Shown here: one piece after another, positions 44,237-54,220 of the stretch
How the letters are laid out: each line of letters opens with the position of its first letter
Numbering within the stretch: position 1 is the stretch's first letter
NCBI GenBank assembly: GCA_000004985.1
Contig: GG738857.1
Reading direction: 5' to 3' (one strand)
DNA: 64,000 nucleotides
Origin: Naegleria gruberi
Lineage: Eukaryota
Notes under the pieces: generated by a model
Databases searched by the model: none
The model's input: the letters and a program-made list of their open reading frames with translations, nothing else
What the model was told of the DNA's origin: nothing
Position numbers and translations under genes: made by a program

Positions 44237-46174
44237 CTCATCATTATCCTCTCCATCTGAAGATCGATTCGTATTTTTCACAAATAAACAGCAATAAATT
44301 GAACAACTCGAGAAACAGAGCAAAACTAAAAAGGTCAACCCTAACACTCCAACCATTCCATATCCAACCTCAATTGGGAATGTGTTAAAAATTGGAATCT
44401 TTGGACTTCTACTATAAATAAGTGGGAAGAATAAACAAATGGCAGAGAAGAGTAGAAAGATGAGTACAATAATCAATGTGCATAGCCCTCCAAAAGCACA
44501 GCACAGAGAATACCAAATATTATCACCTGGTGTTGAAGTTTGCTCAATCACTGCTGCAGGAATATAAATCCCAGAATTGTTACTTGTTGAAAAGGATGAA
44601 AAGTAGCTCGGTATCTTCTTAATTTGAACAATATTCTGATTCAAATCTTGTTGGTGAACTGCTTGTTGCTGCTGCTGACCTTCTTGATTGCCGATTGCTG
44701 CTGCTGTTGCATTAGTGTTAGCTCCATTTCCCTCTTCAAGTTTGTGTTGTTGGTTTGGATTTTCCATTGTATTGACATTCTGGTGTTCATTCTCGTCCTT
44801 TGTGTGAAGTTTGAAAAGTGTTTTAATTCCCTCAAAGTTTTCAGCACTCGTTATATGCAAATAACACAGCAATTGTTCACTCGTATACTTGGACAGCAAT
44901 CTCTTACTTCTATAATAGTCATAGTAACGATAGTTTTGTCTGAGCTTTCTTCTCTTTGATTCCAATTCTTCAACTTCTTGATTATCTATGATATTGTGAT
45001 AATCAAATTCAATTTCAAAATTTGGGAAAAACTTGACTCCAATATCATAAATTGCTTCCTCAAATACCTCGTGATAATGTGCCAGAGTTGACTTTCTAAA
45101 TTTGTGTTTTGGTCTATTCTTAATATTAAATACTATACAAAGGAGAATGCATCCAACAAGTGTAATTGTGAAAATTGCACTCAAAACTATTGAAAAAGTT
45201 CCTTCAGCAACTGCATCTTTTAAAACTACAAAGTAAATGAGAGCTAGTGCCAAAGTACCGACAGCAGCTGCCAAAGTTGAAACACACAAAATGAAAAGGT
45301 AGACATTGACAGATTCGAATATTGAACATTTCATCAATTCATCTTGAGTAATTCGTTTCATCACATTTCCCAATAGCATTAATTCCTTTCTCTGTTTATC
45401 AGTCAAATTCAATGAATGAAGTGAATAAATTATTTGTTGTTGTTGCAAAATGGTCAATCGTGTTCTCAAATGTGCTGGAATTTGTGGAATTTCAGAAAGT
45501 AAATCAAACGAAATTGGTGGAGGATCTTGACTTTTCAACAATTCCAATTCATCAGGTGTAAAATCAAGATCATTATCTAACAAATCATTTTCTGTATCGT
45601 CATCATCATAATCTTCCTTTCGTTTCTTTTTCTTCTTTTTTCCTGAATTTTCTTGTTTTTGATCTACTGCACCTTGTTGCTCAACTGTTGTTGCTGTTGC
45701 TGTTGCCACTACTACACCTGCTAATTGTTGTTGTTGTTGTGGTTGTTGTGGTGATTGAGGCACAGTGGAAGGAGAGGCAACTCTATTTGGTTGTAAAGGA
45801 TGATCATTGGTTGTAATGGGTGGTGAACAGGCAATATTTCCATCATTGTGAATGTTATTGTTGTTGGTACTGCTGTTGTTCGGAATATTGTTCAATTGTA
45901 CTGTCATTTCCTGTTGTTGTTGTTGTTGTTGCAAATTCAAATTCAAATTCAAATTATTAATAGTATTATTATTAGTATTGGAATTAATTTGATTTGGTGG
46001 TAATGAGACAAGTGTTGGTTGATCGAAATTTCTAGTGATGGTTTTTTCGGGAGAGTTATTGTTTATATCTGGTAGGACAACAATAATTTGAGAAGCATCA
46101 TGGTTAGTCGTGGCCACCTCCTCCAATTTGGACTTGTCACTTGCTTGTTCGTTATTGGGATGGAGTTGTGACAT
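44237..46174 (-). CDS. Hypothetical multi-pass membrane protein with Q/N-rich N-terminal region (partial, C-terminus in gap)
   Basis: ATG at 46174 (MSQLHPNNEQASDKSKLEEV...). Several predicted TM segments (LFILCVSTLAAAVGTLALALIYFVVL, SIVLSAIFTITLVGCILLCIVFNI, WYSLCCAFGGLCTLIIVLIFLLFSAICLFF). The frame is open into the N-run. Confidence 0.5.
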
Positions 46175-46510
46175 TTTTTTACAGTTGTTGCGATGGCATT
46201 GATGAGTTTTCGTTGTTTATTTTGAAGCATTGTCTTCATTATCAGAAAAAGGAAGGTGGAGACTTTATGAATCAGGTGAGTATCACTTTCGGCGTTATCA
46301 TGTTTGTATTGTGGACGTCGTTGCTTGATATCATCATGTGTGCCTTGATTTTCAATGCAATTGATGAATGGGATTCTCTCTCTTTATGAAGGGAGGATGT
46401 TTTGTTGAGGAGAACAATAATTACAGTTCCTTATTAGCATTTGAAATATACGTACGAAATGAAGGAAGTTGGAAATGGAACTGCTTTAGAACAGTAGTAG
46501 TTCAGGATTT

Positions 46511-48721
46511 TTACATGACCAAACACTTGTCCTTATTATTTGGTCCTGTGGCTACGTGAAGTGTATCACCAAAGTTGAAGACATACTTGACGAAACTGTT
46601 CCAATCGATGGTTCTGGCTACTTTTCCAAATTTGTTGCACTTGTGGTACTGTTGGACAATGGCTTGTTCTAGTGCCTTATTATTGGTAATGTTTTCTCCA
46701 GTTTCACTGCTCACTTCAACATAGATTGGAGGAACAGAGCTGTAGATAAATTTGTTCTTGATGATATCTTCCACTTGTTCCTTAATATAAATGTGTTCAG
46801 CAACATCGTCCATAATATCTAACTTGTTACCACAAATAATGATAGGTATTTGTGAGAGTTCGAGAAAATGTTTCCTGTTGAGAATTTGATCAATAATCTT
46901 TTGAGTGTATGGGAGAGTTTGTTCTGAATTAGTCAAATCAAAAAGAAGGATGAATAAATCAAAATGACTAATATTGTAATCTAAAAGTATATCAGATACA
47001 TCTTGTCCAGGTGTATCAAAAATATCAATACTATAAGTTTCATTATCAATAGTTATCAAATCATCCTCTGGGTTATGCTCAAAGAATTCGTCATAGTTTC
47101 TGTGAGCAAATTTCATTGAGAGCATACTTTTACCTGTTGTCTTGTCTCCCATGATTGCTACCCTGATGATTCGAGATTGAGATTCTGTTGAGAACTTGTC
47201 ATTTTCCAAATATTCCTCTTCCTCAATTTGTTCCTCACTTTTTCTGAATGTTTTGTACATGGTTTCATAATCGAGAGTATTATTGGAGCTGTATGTACGT
47301 CTGTGAGATACTCGTGAAGGAGTGGCAGTTAAGCCGCCTGCACCACCTCTTTGTGGTGTAGTTGGAATGGAGCCCATTGATGTATTATGAGAGGGAGTTG
47401 GTGGAAAATTAAAGCTGTCATGAGGGAGCAATAGTAAATTTGAATTTGATGATGAATTGCTCAATCCTCGGTCTCTTGTAGTATCTGATAATTGATCAAG
47501 TGATACTCTGCCTGAATATTCTGTAAGTTCTTCGTTACTATTGCAATCGGTAGAAGTAAGGTTAGTGAGTGTGTTGGTATTATTATTTACAAAACTTCCA
47601 TTTCTTGATGGAGTTCTTGGAGAAGCTAAAGAACCAAAATTGGCACTACTTGGATAATCGAAACTATTCGTCACATTGAATGATTGAGATCTGCCGTGGC
47701 GTACTCTGGATGGATGTTTCCTCTTTCCTTTTTCAATTTCTGTATTTCTGTACAAATACCATGCGTGATTAATTTTTGAAAACAAACCCTTATAGTCTGT
47801 TGGATTGGATTGTGAAATATTGTCACTGATTGATTGTCTGTGGAAGTAATCAGTGTTTTTCAGAGCTGTCAGTGAGATTGCTTTATCAGGTTTCTTATCT
47901 GGCATTTGCTCACTTATGTGTTTCAGCTCGGTAACGTAATTTCTAATATCTCTGAGAATGAGCCTATTGGTATCCTCTGATGTCATCCACAAAAACTTTA
48001 AATGTAAAACATCTGCATAAAAGATTGGTGAAAAGTGCCTTCTCACAACAAAAAAGAAATCCTTATTGACAAGCTCCAAGCTATGAATGACATCTCTCAT
48101 AACAGTCACACAGTCAATCAATCCTATCATACCCTTTCCATATATTTTAGAAGGACGACGAGCTCTTCTACTGGAAGAATGCGACGTAGTATTTACACTA
48201 AGCAAATTCATTGCTGATTGAAAAATGTTATTCACCATACCCTTGCTTTCTGCAACATCCACTCTATCCGAAATGATTGGAATTAAAAACAAGAGAATGT
48301 GTTTAGTAATTTCTCTATTCCACATGATTTTTGTACTATGTCCAAATCCAAAATTAAATAAATTCTTCCTAACTGATCCTCCTTGAACATTTCCACGATC
48401 AATAGAAGTTCTTATATCGGATGAACGATCAATACTCGTTCTAGAAACTGCATTAGGTGGTGTTTTTAAAGGTGATGCTCCTTTTAAATTAGGTGTTGCT
48501 GGTGATATATTTTCATTAATATTATTGTTGGCCGTAGTGGCAAAAGTTATTGATGTTGTAGAAGGAAGAATTGATGATGATTTTGATGGTGTTTTACTCT
48601 CCTTTTCGGGTGGCGAAGCAATACTAACTGTTATCAGTGTATTAGAAGAATCGGATGTATTCTTGTTCTTATTTGTGTCCGACACTGATGATGATGAGGA
48701 TGTTGTTGATTGTTTACTCAT
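46511..48721 (-). CDS. Ras-superfamily small GTPase with about 500-aa S/T/N-rich N-terminal extension and C-terminal CAAX box (CLVM)
   Basis: G1 GDKTTGKS, G3 DTPGQD, G4 GNKLD in the C-terminal third. The protein ends ...KDKCLVM*. The track start at 48724 is GTG; the first ATG is 48721. Confidence 0.7.
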   Translation of the reverse strand: MSKQSTTSSSSSVSDTNKNKNTSDSSNTLITVSIASPPEKESKTPSKSSSILPSTTSITFATTANNNINENISPATPNLKGASPLKTPPNAVSRTSIDRSSDIRTSIDRGNVQGGSVRKNLFNFGFGHSTKIMWNREITKHILLFLIPIISDRVDVAESKGMVNNIFQSAMNLLSVNTTSHSSSRRARRPSKIYGKGMIGLIDCVTVMRDVIHSLELVNKDFFFVVRRHFSPIFYADVLHLKFLWMTSEDTNRLILRDIRNYVTELKHISEQMPDKKPDKAISLTALKNTDYFHRQSISDNISQSNPTDYKGLFSKINHAWYLYRNTEIEKGKRKHPSRVRHGRSQSFNVTNSFDYPSSANFGSLASPRTPSRNGSFVNNNTNTLTNLTSTDCNSNEELTEYSGRVSLDQLSDTTRDRGLSNSSSNSNLLLLPHDSFNFPPTPSHNTSMGSIPTTPQRGGAGGLTATPSRVSHRRTYSSNNTLDYETMYKTFRKSEEQIEEEEYLENDKFSTESQSRIIRVAIMGDKTTGKSMLSMKFAHRNYDEFFEHNPEDDLITIDNETYSIDIFDTPGQDVSDILLDYNISHFDLFILLFDLTNSEQTLPYTQKIIDQILNRKHFLELSQIPIIICGNKLDIMDDVAEHIYIKEQVEDIIKNKFIYSSVPPIYVEVSSETGENITNNKALEQAIVQQYHKCNKFGKVARTIDWNSFVKYVFNFGDTLHVATGPNNKDKCLVM

Positions 48722-48955
48722 CACGAATTTTTTTTTTAATTTAATTCAAAAAGACCATTTTTACTTTTAGTTAACGGTACAATTTTTGCGAGACAGGCAA
48801 CGTTTGCTTGCTTGAAAAAACAATATTAAGGGCGGGAAATCTTGAATAACTTTGCAAAACCAATTCATTTATTTAAAATTAAGGAATAGGCAAGCTTTTA
48901 AAAAAAAATCAACAATATCCCCGTGCGGATTTTTTCATTTTCGTTGAACGAGGAT

Positions 48956-49878
48956 ATGAAGAACGTTAATACAGCAATTGTGTTACGAGGACTCCTTCAT
49001 AATAATTGTTTCGGAGTGCTGAAGGGAAGGAATAGAATGGGAATCACGAGGAGAGGAGGATATAATCCCTTCGGAATTCAATTTTTGGTAGTATTCTTAA
49101 TAATTACGATTTATGTTACCTCGACTTGGAAGGAAACAGTTTTCTGCAGAGAACAAGTTAATTACCCTGCCCAGCAACATCAAAAGCTTGTGGAAAGTTT
49201 GTTGAATATTGTAACCTCTCCCAGAGAGAGAAACATATCGGAGACATTTTCCCTCTTGTCTCACAATTATTATTTAAAGGTTTACGGTTCTGTGAAGGAT
49301 TCATCAATTAGCTTTTCAGGCTCGTACAAAGGACCAAAAGCTTGGGAATTGTTTTACAAACAGTTGAGTAAGGTTTTCAATTTGAATAAGTATGAATTTA
49401 AGGAATACACATTCATGGCTGGTCCTACTGGTCAAGTGAATCAATCGAGCGTTGTTCAGTTATACGATATTCATCATACAATTTATCAGAGCCTTAAGGT
49501 TTCAATAAGTGAGATGATTTATTTCGAAAGTGATCCTCTCAATAATGTAATCACTGAAACTCATTTGTTTTGTGACACCAATCACTTGGCAAACGTTCTT
49601 TCAGTTGACAGTGGAAAGACAGACACTGAAACTTTCTTTGTTGTTGGAGCTGGATTAATTGGCATGCTAATCGGATCAGGTAGGTCAATTTCACGTATTT
49701 TATTTCCTAACTGGATCTATTATTGCTTTAAATGATCTTGTCAAAAGCCATTGCAACAACTGCCATTCTTCTTTGTCAAGATTTGAGAAGGAGAATAAAA
49801 CAAGCGGAAAAGGATAGGATGAGAAAGGTTACCCTCATGAACAATTCATTTACCGAGCCGCCAATGTTATTGAGATGA
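48956..49878 (+). CDS. Hypothetical membrane protein; join(48956..49679,49748..49878)
   Basis: The track start at 48923 is GTG; the first ATG is 48956. A 68-nt GTAGGT...AAAAG intron (49680-49747) joins ...VVGAGLIGMLIGS to AIATTAILLCQDLRRRIKQAEKDRMRK..., completing a TM helix in phase. Confidence 0.45.
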
Positions 49879-50316
49879 AGCTCAAGTAATTTGATTTACA
49901 GTTTCGTTTTCAAAAGAGGATCTTGAAAAAACGGACTTATTTCTTCTGTGTTAGAATACAACTTGGAAATCGTCTCATATTGCTTTGGTAAATTGGAAAC
50001 AAACCAAGAAGACCGTTATTTTTAAAACGGCCGTACATTTACATAAGGTCCGCTAATGATTTTTTTAACAAGACGGTCAACCAGCAAGTCTCAATCAATT
50101 TGCTTCAACTCCAACTCAAATATTAGCGCACGATTAATTATAGCTTCCTACGCAGTATTGTGCACGTGTTGAAAATGTTGTTTTCCTTGATAACGCAATT
50201 ACGTAATGAAATGCATTACTCTCAACCAAAAAAAACAAATTGACAGCTCTCGACAGCAATCATTACAGCATAAAACATTCTCTAAACAACCATTTTACTA
50301 ACAGACTCAAATAAAA

Positions 50317-50828
50317 ATGGTTTCCGATAGTCACTTCCACTCCTCATCCTCCCAGCAGGATTTCCAACAAGTTGTGCAACAATACAAGTTTACCATAGAA
50401 GCAATTTTCGATAACCAAGAAGCAAGAGCTTTGTTTAGAAGCTTTTTGAAGAAGGATTTGAATGAAGGTATGTTGTGATGTTTAGTTTTATTGTTTATTA
50501 ATTACAAATTCTTTACAAATAGAACCATTCCTTTTCTATGAATCTGTTGAAAAGTATAACAAGACAAGACTTGATAAGAATAGATTCGAATTGGCTAGTG
50601 AAATAATAGACAAGTTTATGGTTGTGGGAGCTCAACACGAATTGAATTTGTCAACTACACTGAGGAATGACATTTTGAAATCATGGAAACAAATATACGA
50701 AAAGAATAAGGATTTACCTGACTCTGATTTGATAACGTGTCCAAAAGATTTATTCACTAAGGCCCAAGACATAATTTTCATTGAACTCAAACAAGATAAT
50801 TTCCCAAGATTTGTAAATTCAGAAACTT
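50317..50828 (+). CDS. RGS (regulator of G-protein signalling) domain protein, 3' end in gap (partial); join(50317..50467,50523..50828)
   Basis: FRSFLKKDLNEEPFLFYESVEKY (RGS N-terminal core, restored across a 55-nt GTATGT...AATAG intron at 50468-50522) and IFIELKQDNFPRFVNSE (RGS C-terminal helix). The frame runs into the N-run at 50829. Confidence 0.65.
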
Positions 50829-51993
50829 NNNNNNNNNNNNNNNNNNNNNNNNNNNNNNNNNNNNNNNNNNNNNNNNNNNNNNNNNNNNNNNNNNNNNNNN
50901 NNNNNNNNNNNNNNNNNNNNNNNNNNNNNNNNNNNNNNNNNNNNNNNNNNNNNNNNNNNNNNNNNNNNNNNNNNNNNNNNNNNNNNNNNNNNNNNNNNNN
51001 NNNNNNNNNNNNNNNNNNNNNNNNNNNNNNNNNNNNNNNNNNNNNNNNNNNNNNNNNNNNNNNNNNNNNNNNNNNNNNNNNNNNNNNNNNNNNNNNNNNN
51101 NNNNNNNNNNNNNNNNNNNNNNNNNNNNNNNNNNNNNNNNNNNNNNNNNNNNNNNNNNNNNNNNNNNNNNNNNNNNNNNNNNNNNNNNNNNNNNNNNNNN
51201 NNNNNNNNNNNNNNNNNNNNNNNNNNNNNNNNNNNNNNNNNNNNNNNNNNNNNNNNNNNNNNNNNNNNNNNNNNNNNNNNNNNNNNNNNNNNNNNNNNNN
51301 NNNNNNNNNNNNNNNNNNNNNNNNNNNNNNNNNNNNNNNNNNNNNNNNNNNNNNNNNNNNNNNNNNNNNNNNNNNNNNNNNNNNNNNNNNNNNNNNNNNN
51401 NNNNNNNNNNNNNNNNNNNNNNNNNNNNNNNNNNNNNNNNNNNNNNNNNNNNNNNNNNNNNNNNNNNNNNNNNNNNNNNNNNNNNNNNNNNNNNNNNNNN
51501 NNNNNNNNNNNNNNNNNNNNNNNNNNNNNNNNNNNNNNNNNNNNNNNNNNNNNNNNNNNNNNNNNNNNNNNNNNNNNNNNNNNNNNNNNNNNNNNNNNNN
51601 NNNNNNNNNNNNNNNNNNNNNNNNNNNNNNNNNNNNNNNNNNNNNNNNNNNNNNNNNNNNNNNNNNNNNNNNNNNNNNNNNNNNNNNNNNNNNNNNNNNN
51701 NNNNNNNNNNNNNNNNNNNNNNNNNNNNNNNNNNNNNNNNNNNNNNNNNNNNNNNNNNNNNNNNNNNNNNNNNNNNNNNNNNNNNNNNNNNNNNNNNNNN
51801 NNNNNNNNNNNNNNNNNNNNNNNNNNNNNNNNNNNNNNNNNNNNNNNNNNNNNNNNNNNNNNNNNNNNNNNNNNNNNNNNNNNNNNNNNNNNNNNNNNNN
51901 NNNNNNNNNNNNNNNNNNNNNNNNNNNNNNNNNNNNNNNNNNNNNNNNNNNNNNNNNNNNNNNNNNNNNNNNNNNNNNNNNNNNNNNNNNNNN
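50829..51993. other. Assembly gap (1165 N)
   Basis: Run of N. Track ORFs 50591-51997 and 50819-52015 are extended through N and are artefactual beyond the gap edges. Confidence 0.99.
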
Positions 51994-52008
51994 TTGAATT
52001 ATTGTAAT

Positions 52009-52908
52009 TTACCACATTTCAGCCAGTCTGAAATTGCTTGCAAAGTAAGTTGTAATAAGACCTCCCCAAACATGTGGACCATAATAAGTAGATTGAATGT
52101 ACCACCTATCTGGATTCTTATAAGCAGCAGGAATATTATTTGCAGTGTCAGCAACAACTTGACGAAGTCTTGGCTTGACATCCTTAGAAAAGACAAGAGT
52201 TTGTCCCACAGTTGGATAGGTCAATTCATAGGAAGCAATCACATCATCATAACCCCATGTATTTGTAGTATTAGTGGCAGCTCCATTGAAAAACCAATTC
52301 TTATTTGGAACACGTGATGGACTAACTGAGGCATAATGCAAATTGAGTTGATAGAAAAGTGTCAAACTTGGAGCATCATAATTCTTCAACACAAATGAGG
52401 TAATGAAAGTAGCTTGAGTAATACATGAAGAAGCAACTTGTTGAATGTAATAGGGTCTTACATTTATGGTATGTAATAATTGCTTTCCATTATTGGCAAG
52501 TGGACCTTCAATTGCTGGAACGAAAGGGGCAGTATCATACGTATTGGAAGTGGTTGGTTCAGCAAATAAATTGGCTTCCACACCACAACCTAACAAATTA
52601 CCATTCAGGGCTAGCTCAATAGTATCATTTCCTGGAGTGAAAACAACACGAGAGCTTGGATTAGCTACAGAATATTGATTATTGAAAGCATTGAGTTCGT
52701 AAGCATTTTCCCATTGAGCAACATGCCAATTTGAAACACCAGGGGTTCCAGGAGTTTTCAAATTTCTATTGTAAACTTTGGCGCCCATCTTGTAACCTGT
52801 GGCTTTAGGTACAAGGTCATTGTAAGTGACAGCCAAAACCAAGACAACTTGATAGAGGAACACTGTTGTAAAGATTAAGAGAAATCTTGATGAATATTTG
52901 GATAACAT
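52009..52908 (-). CDS. Secreted protein (signal peptide MLSKYSSRFLLIFTTVFLYQVVLVLA), family unknown
   Basis: The 326-aa track ORF starts at 52989, but the hydrophobic signal follows the second Met (ATG 52908), which is preceded by an A-run leader on the coding strand. TAA stop at 52009-52011. Confidence 0.5.
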   Translation of the reverse strand: MLSKYSSRFLLIFTTVFLYQVVLVLAVTYNDLVPKATGYKMGAKVYNRNLKTPGTPGVSNWHVAQWENAYELNAFNNQYSVANPSSRVVFTPGNDTIELALNGNLLGCGVEANLFAEPTTSNTYDTAPFVPAIEGPLANNGKQLLHTINVRPYYIQQVASSCITQATFITSFVLKNYDAPSLTLFYQLNLHYASVSPSRVPNKNWFFNGAATNTTNTWGYDDVIASYELTYPTVGQTLVFSKDVKPRLRQVVADTANNIPAAYKNPDRWYIQSTYYGPHVWGGLITTYFASNFRLAEMW

Positions 52909-53216
52909 TTTTTTTTTGAATGGAAATTTAGAGATCTTTAAAGCTGATGTTAAATAGCTTTTCGAAACTTGCCGAATCGTTCGTGTCATTTGTTTACAAT
53001 GTGGAAATGTGATATTAATGAACGAGCTAGAAGTTCGATAGAGAACTCGTTATTTCTTTCTTATAAGGAAATGGAATATTAACATCTTCTAATAAAATAC
53101 CCTCCAATTTCAACTACAATTTGTTTATTAGAAACCTTTCTAACTTATTTTACAACCATATAAATTTCATTGTTATTCATCAATGAAAACAGTTGAAATT
53201 ATTCATTGCCAGTAAA

Positions 53217-53458
53217 TTAGATTGTTCTATTGGAAATAGAACAGAAGAGATTTGTAAAATAAGGAATTATTTGATTGGTTAAATGATTAATTTCTATTGG
53301 TTGAACATGTTGTAAATATTGTGATGGAGCAATTCAATTTAGTATAAATTGAACGTTGACAACACTCAATAACACTCAAGAGCTCCAAAGAAAATGTCTC
53401 AACAACAACAATCACAACAAAATCAACAAACTCTACAATCCTACCAACCAACCAACAG
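53217..53458 (+). repeat. Left terminal direct repeat A1 (242 bp) of the DIRS/Ngaro-like element; contains the start codon of ORF1 and a 19-bp palindrome
   Basis: Identical to 57141-57374 except for an 8-bp insertion (taaaataa). Palindrome gttctattggaaatagaac at 53224-53242. Confidence 0.85.
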
Positions 53459-54122
53459 TTTTGATGCTTTCTCTACTAGAGATATGAATATTCCACAACA
53501 AAATCAACAACCTACTCAACAAACAACCCCACAAACAACTCAACAACCTAATCTCCAACCAAATCTTCAACCTAATCTCCAACCTCCTCAAGATGAAGAG
53601 GATGAAGAAGATGTTATCTTCAATGATAAAGAAGAAATTGATAATTTAACAGACCAACTCATGGAATTGTTTTACAAAGCAAAGCATAACAATATCAAGT
53701 TTGGTTCATTGCAAGATTTAGTTCTAATGACTTCATTTGAAAAACCAGTCATCAGTAAAGAGAAGGGTAAAGAATTACAACAGGAACTCAATTCCATTAC
53801 TGCTGGTCATTCAGTTCTGTTTGGTAATAATAGATCCAACGAGTTGACCAATGAGAAGTTGAGAAATGATTATAACTTTGTACTCATGGTTGGTAAAATG
53901 AGCGAAAGAATGTTCAAAGTTAGTTCTGCCCAAGAAATGTCTAACATTATGAACCTATTAATTAATGTTGCTACCTTTAGAAAGACAATTTATGATGTAG
54001 CATTATCCACCAATTCTGTAGATAAGATTGCAAATGTCGAAAATACGATGTCAGTTTCTGCTAATCCCTACACTAATGAGGTTATGAAGGAATTAAAAAA
54101 AAGAAAAGAAGAAAGAAACTGA
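53394..54122 (+). CDS. ORF1, Gag-like Q-rich protein of the DIRS/Ngaro-like element (242 aa)
   Basis: ATG lies inside repeat A1 (MSQQQQSQQNQQTLQSYQPTNS...). The same start is present in A2, where it terminates after 25 codons. TGA stop. Confidence 0.6.
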   Translation: MSQQQQSQQNQQTLQSYQPTNSFDAFSTRDMNIPQQNQQPTQQTTPQTTQQPNLQPNLQPNLQPPQDEEDEEDVIFNDKEEIDNLTDQLMELFYKAKHNNIKFGSLQDLVLMTSFEKPVISKEKGKELQQELNSITAGHSVLFGNNRSNELTNEKLRNDYNFVLMVGKMSERMFKVSSAQEMSNIMNLLINVATFRKTIYDVALSTNSVDKIANVENTMSVSANPYTNEVMKELKKRKEERN

Positions 54123-54220
54123 AACTAACATTTTCCAAATGGTAAAGAATAGAAATAATAATTACAGACACGACTATAACAAAAGGAAAAGAGACAGTAG
54201 TAGTTACAACCAAAAACAAT

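Noticed and set aside
43309-44256. Track ORFs translated through N-runs (43309-44256; 50819-52015; X-stretches in 41179-44388, 43160-46174 and 50591-51997)
   Set aside because: They are artefacts of translating N as X. The real coding sequence ends at the gap edges.
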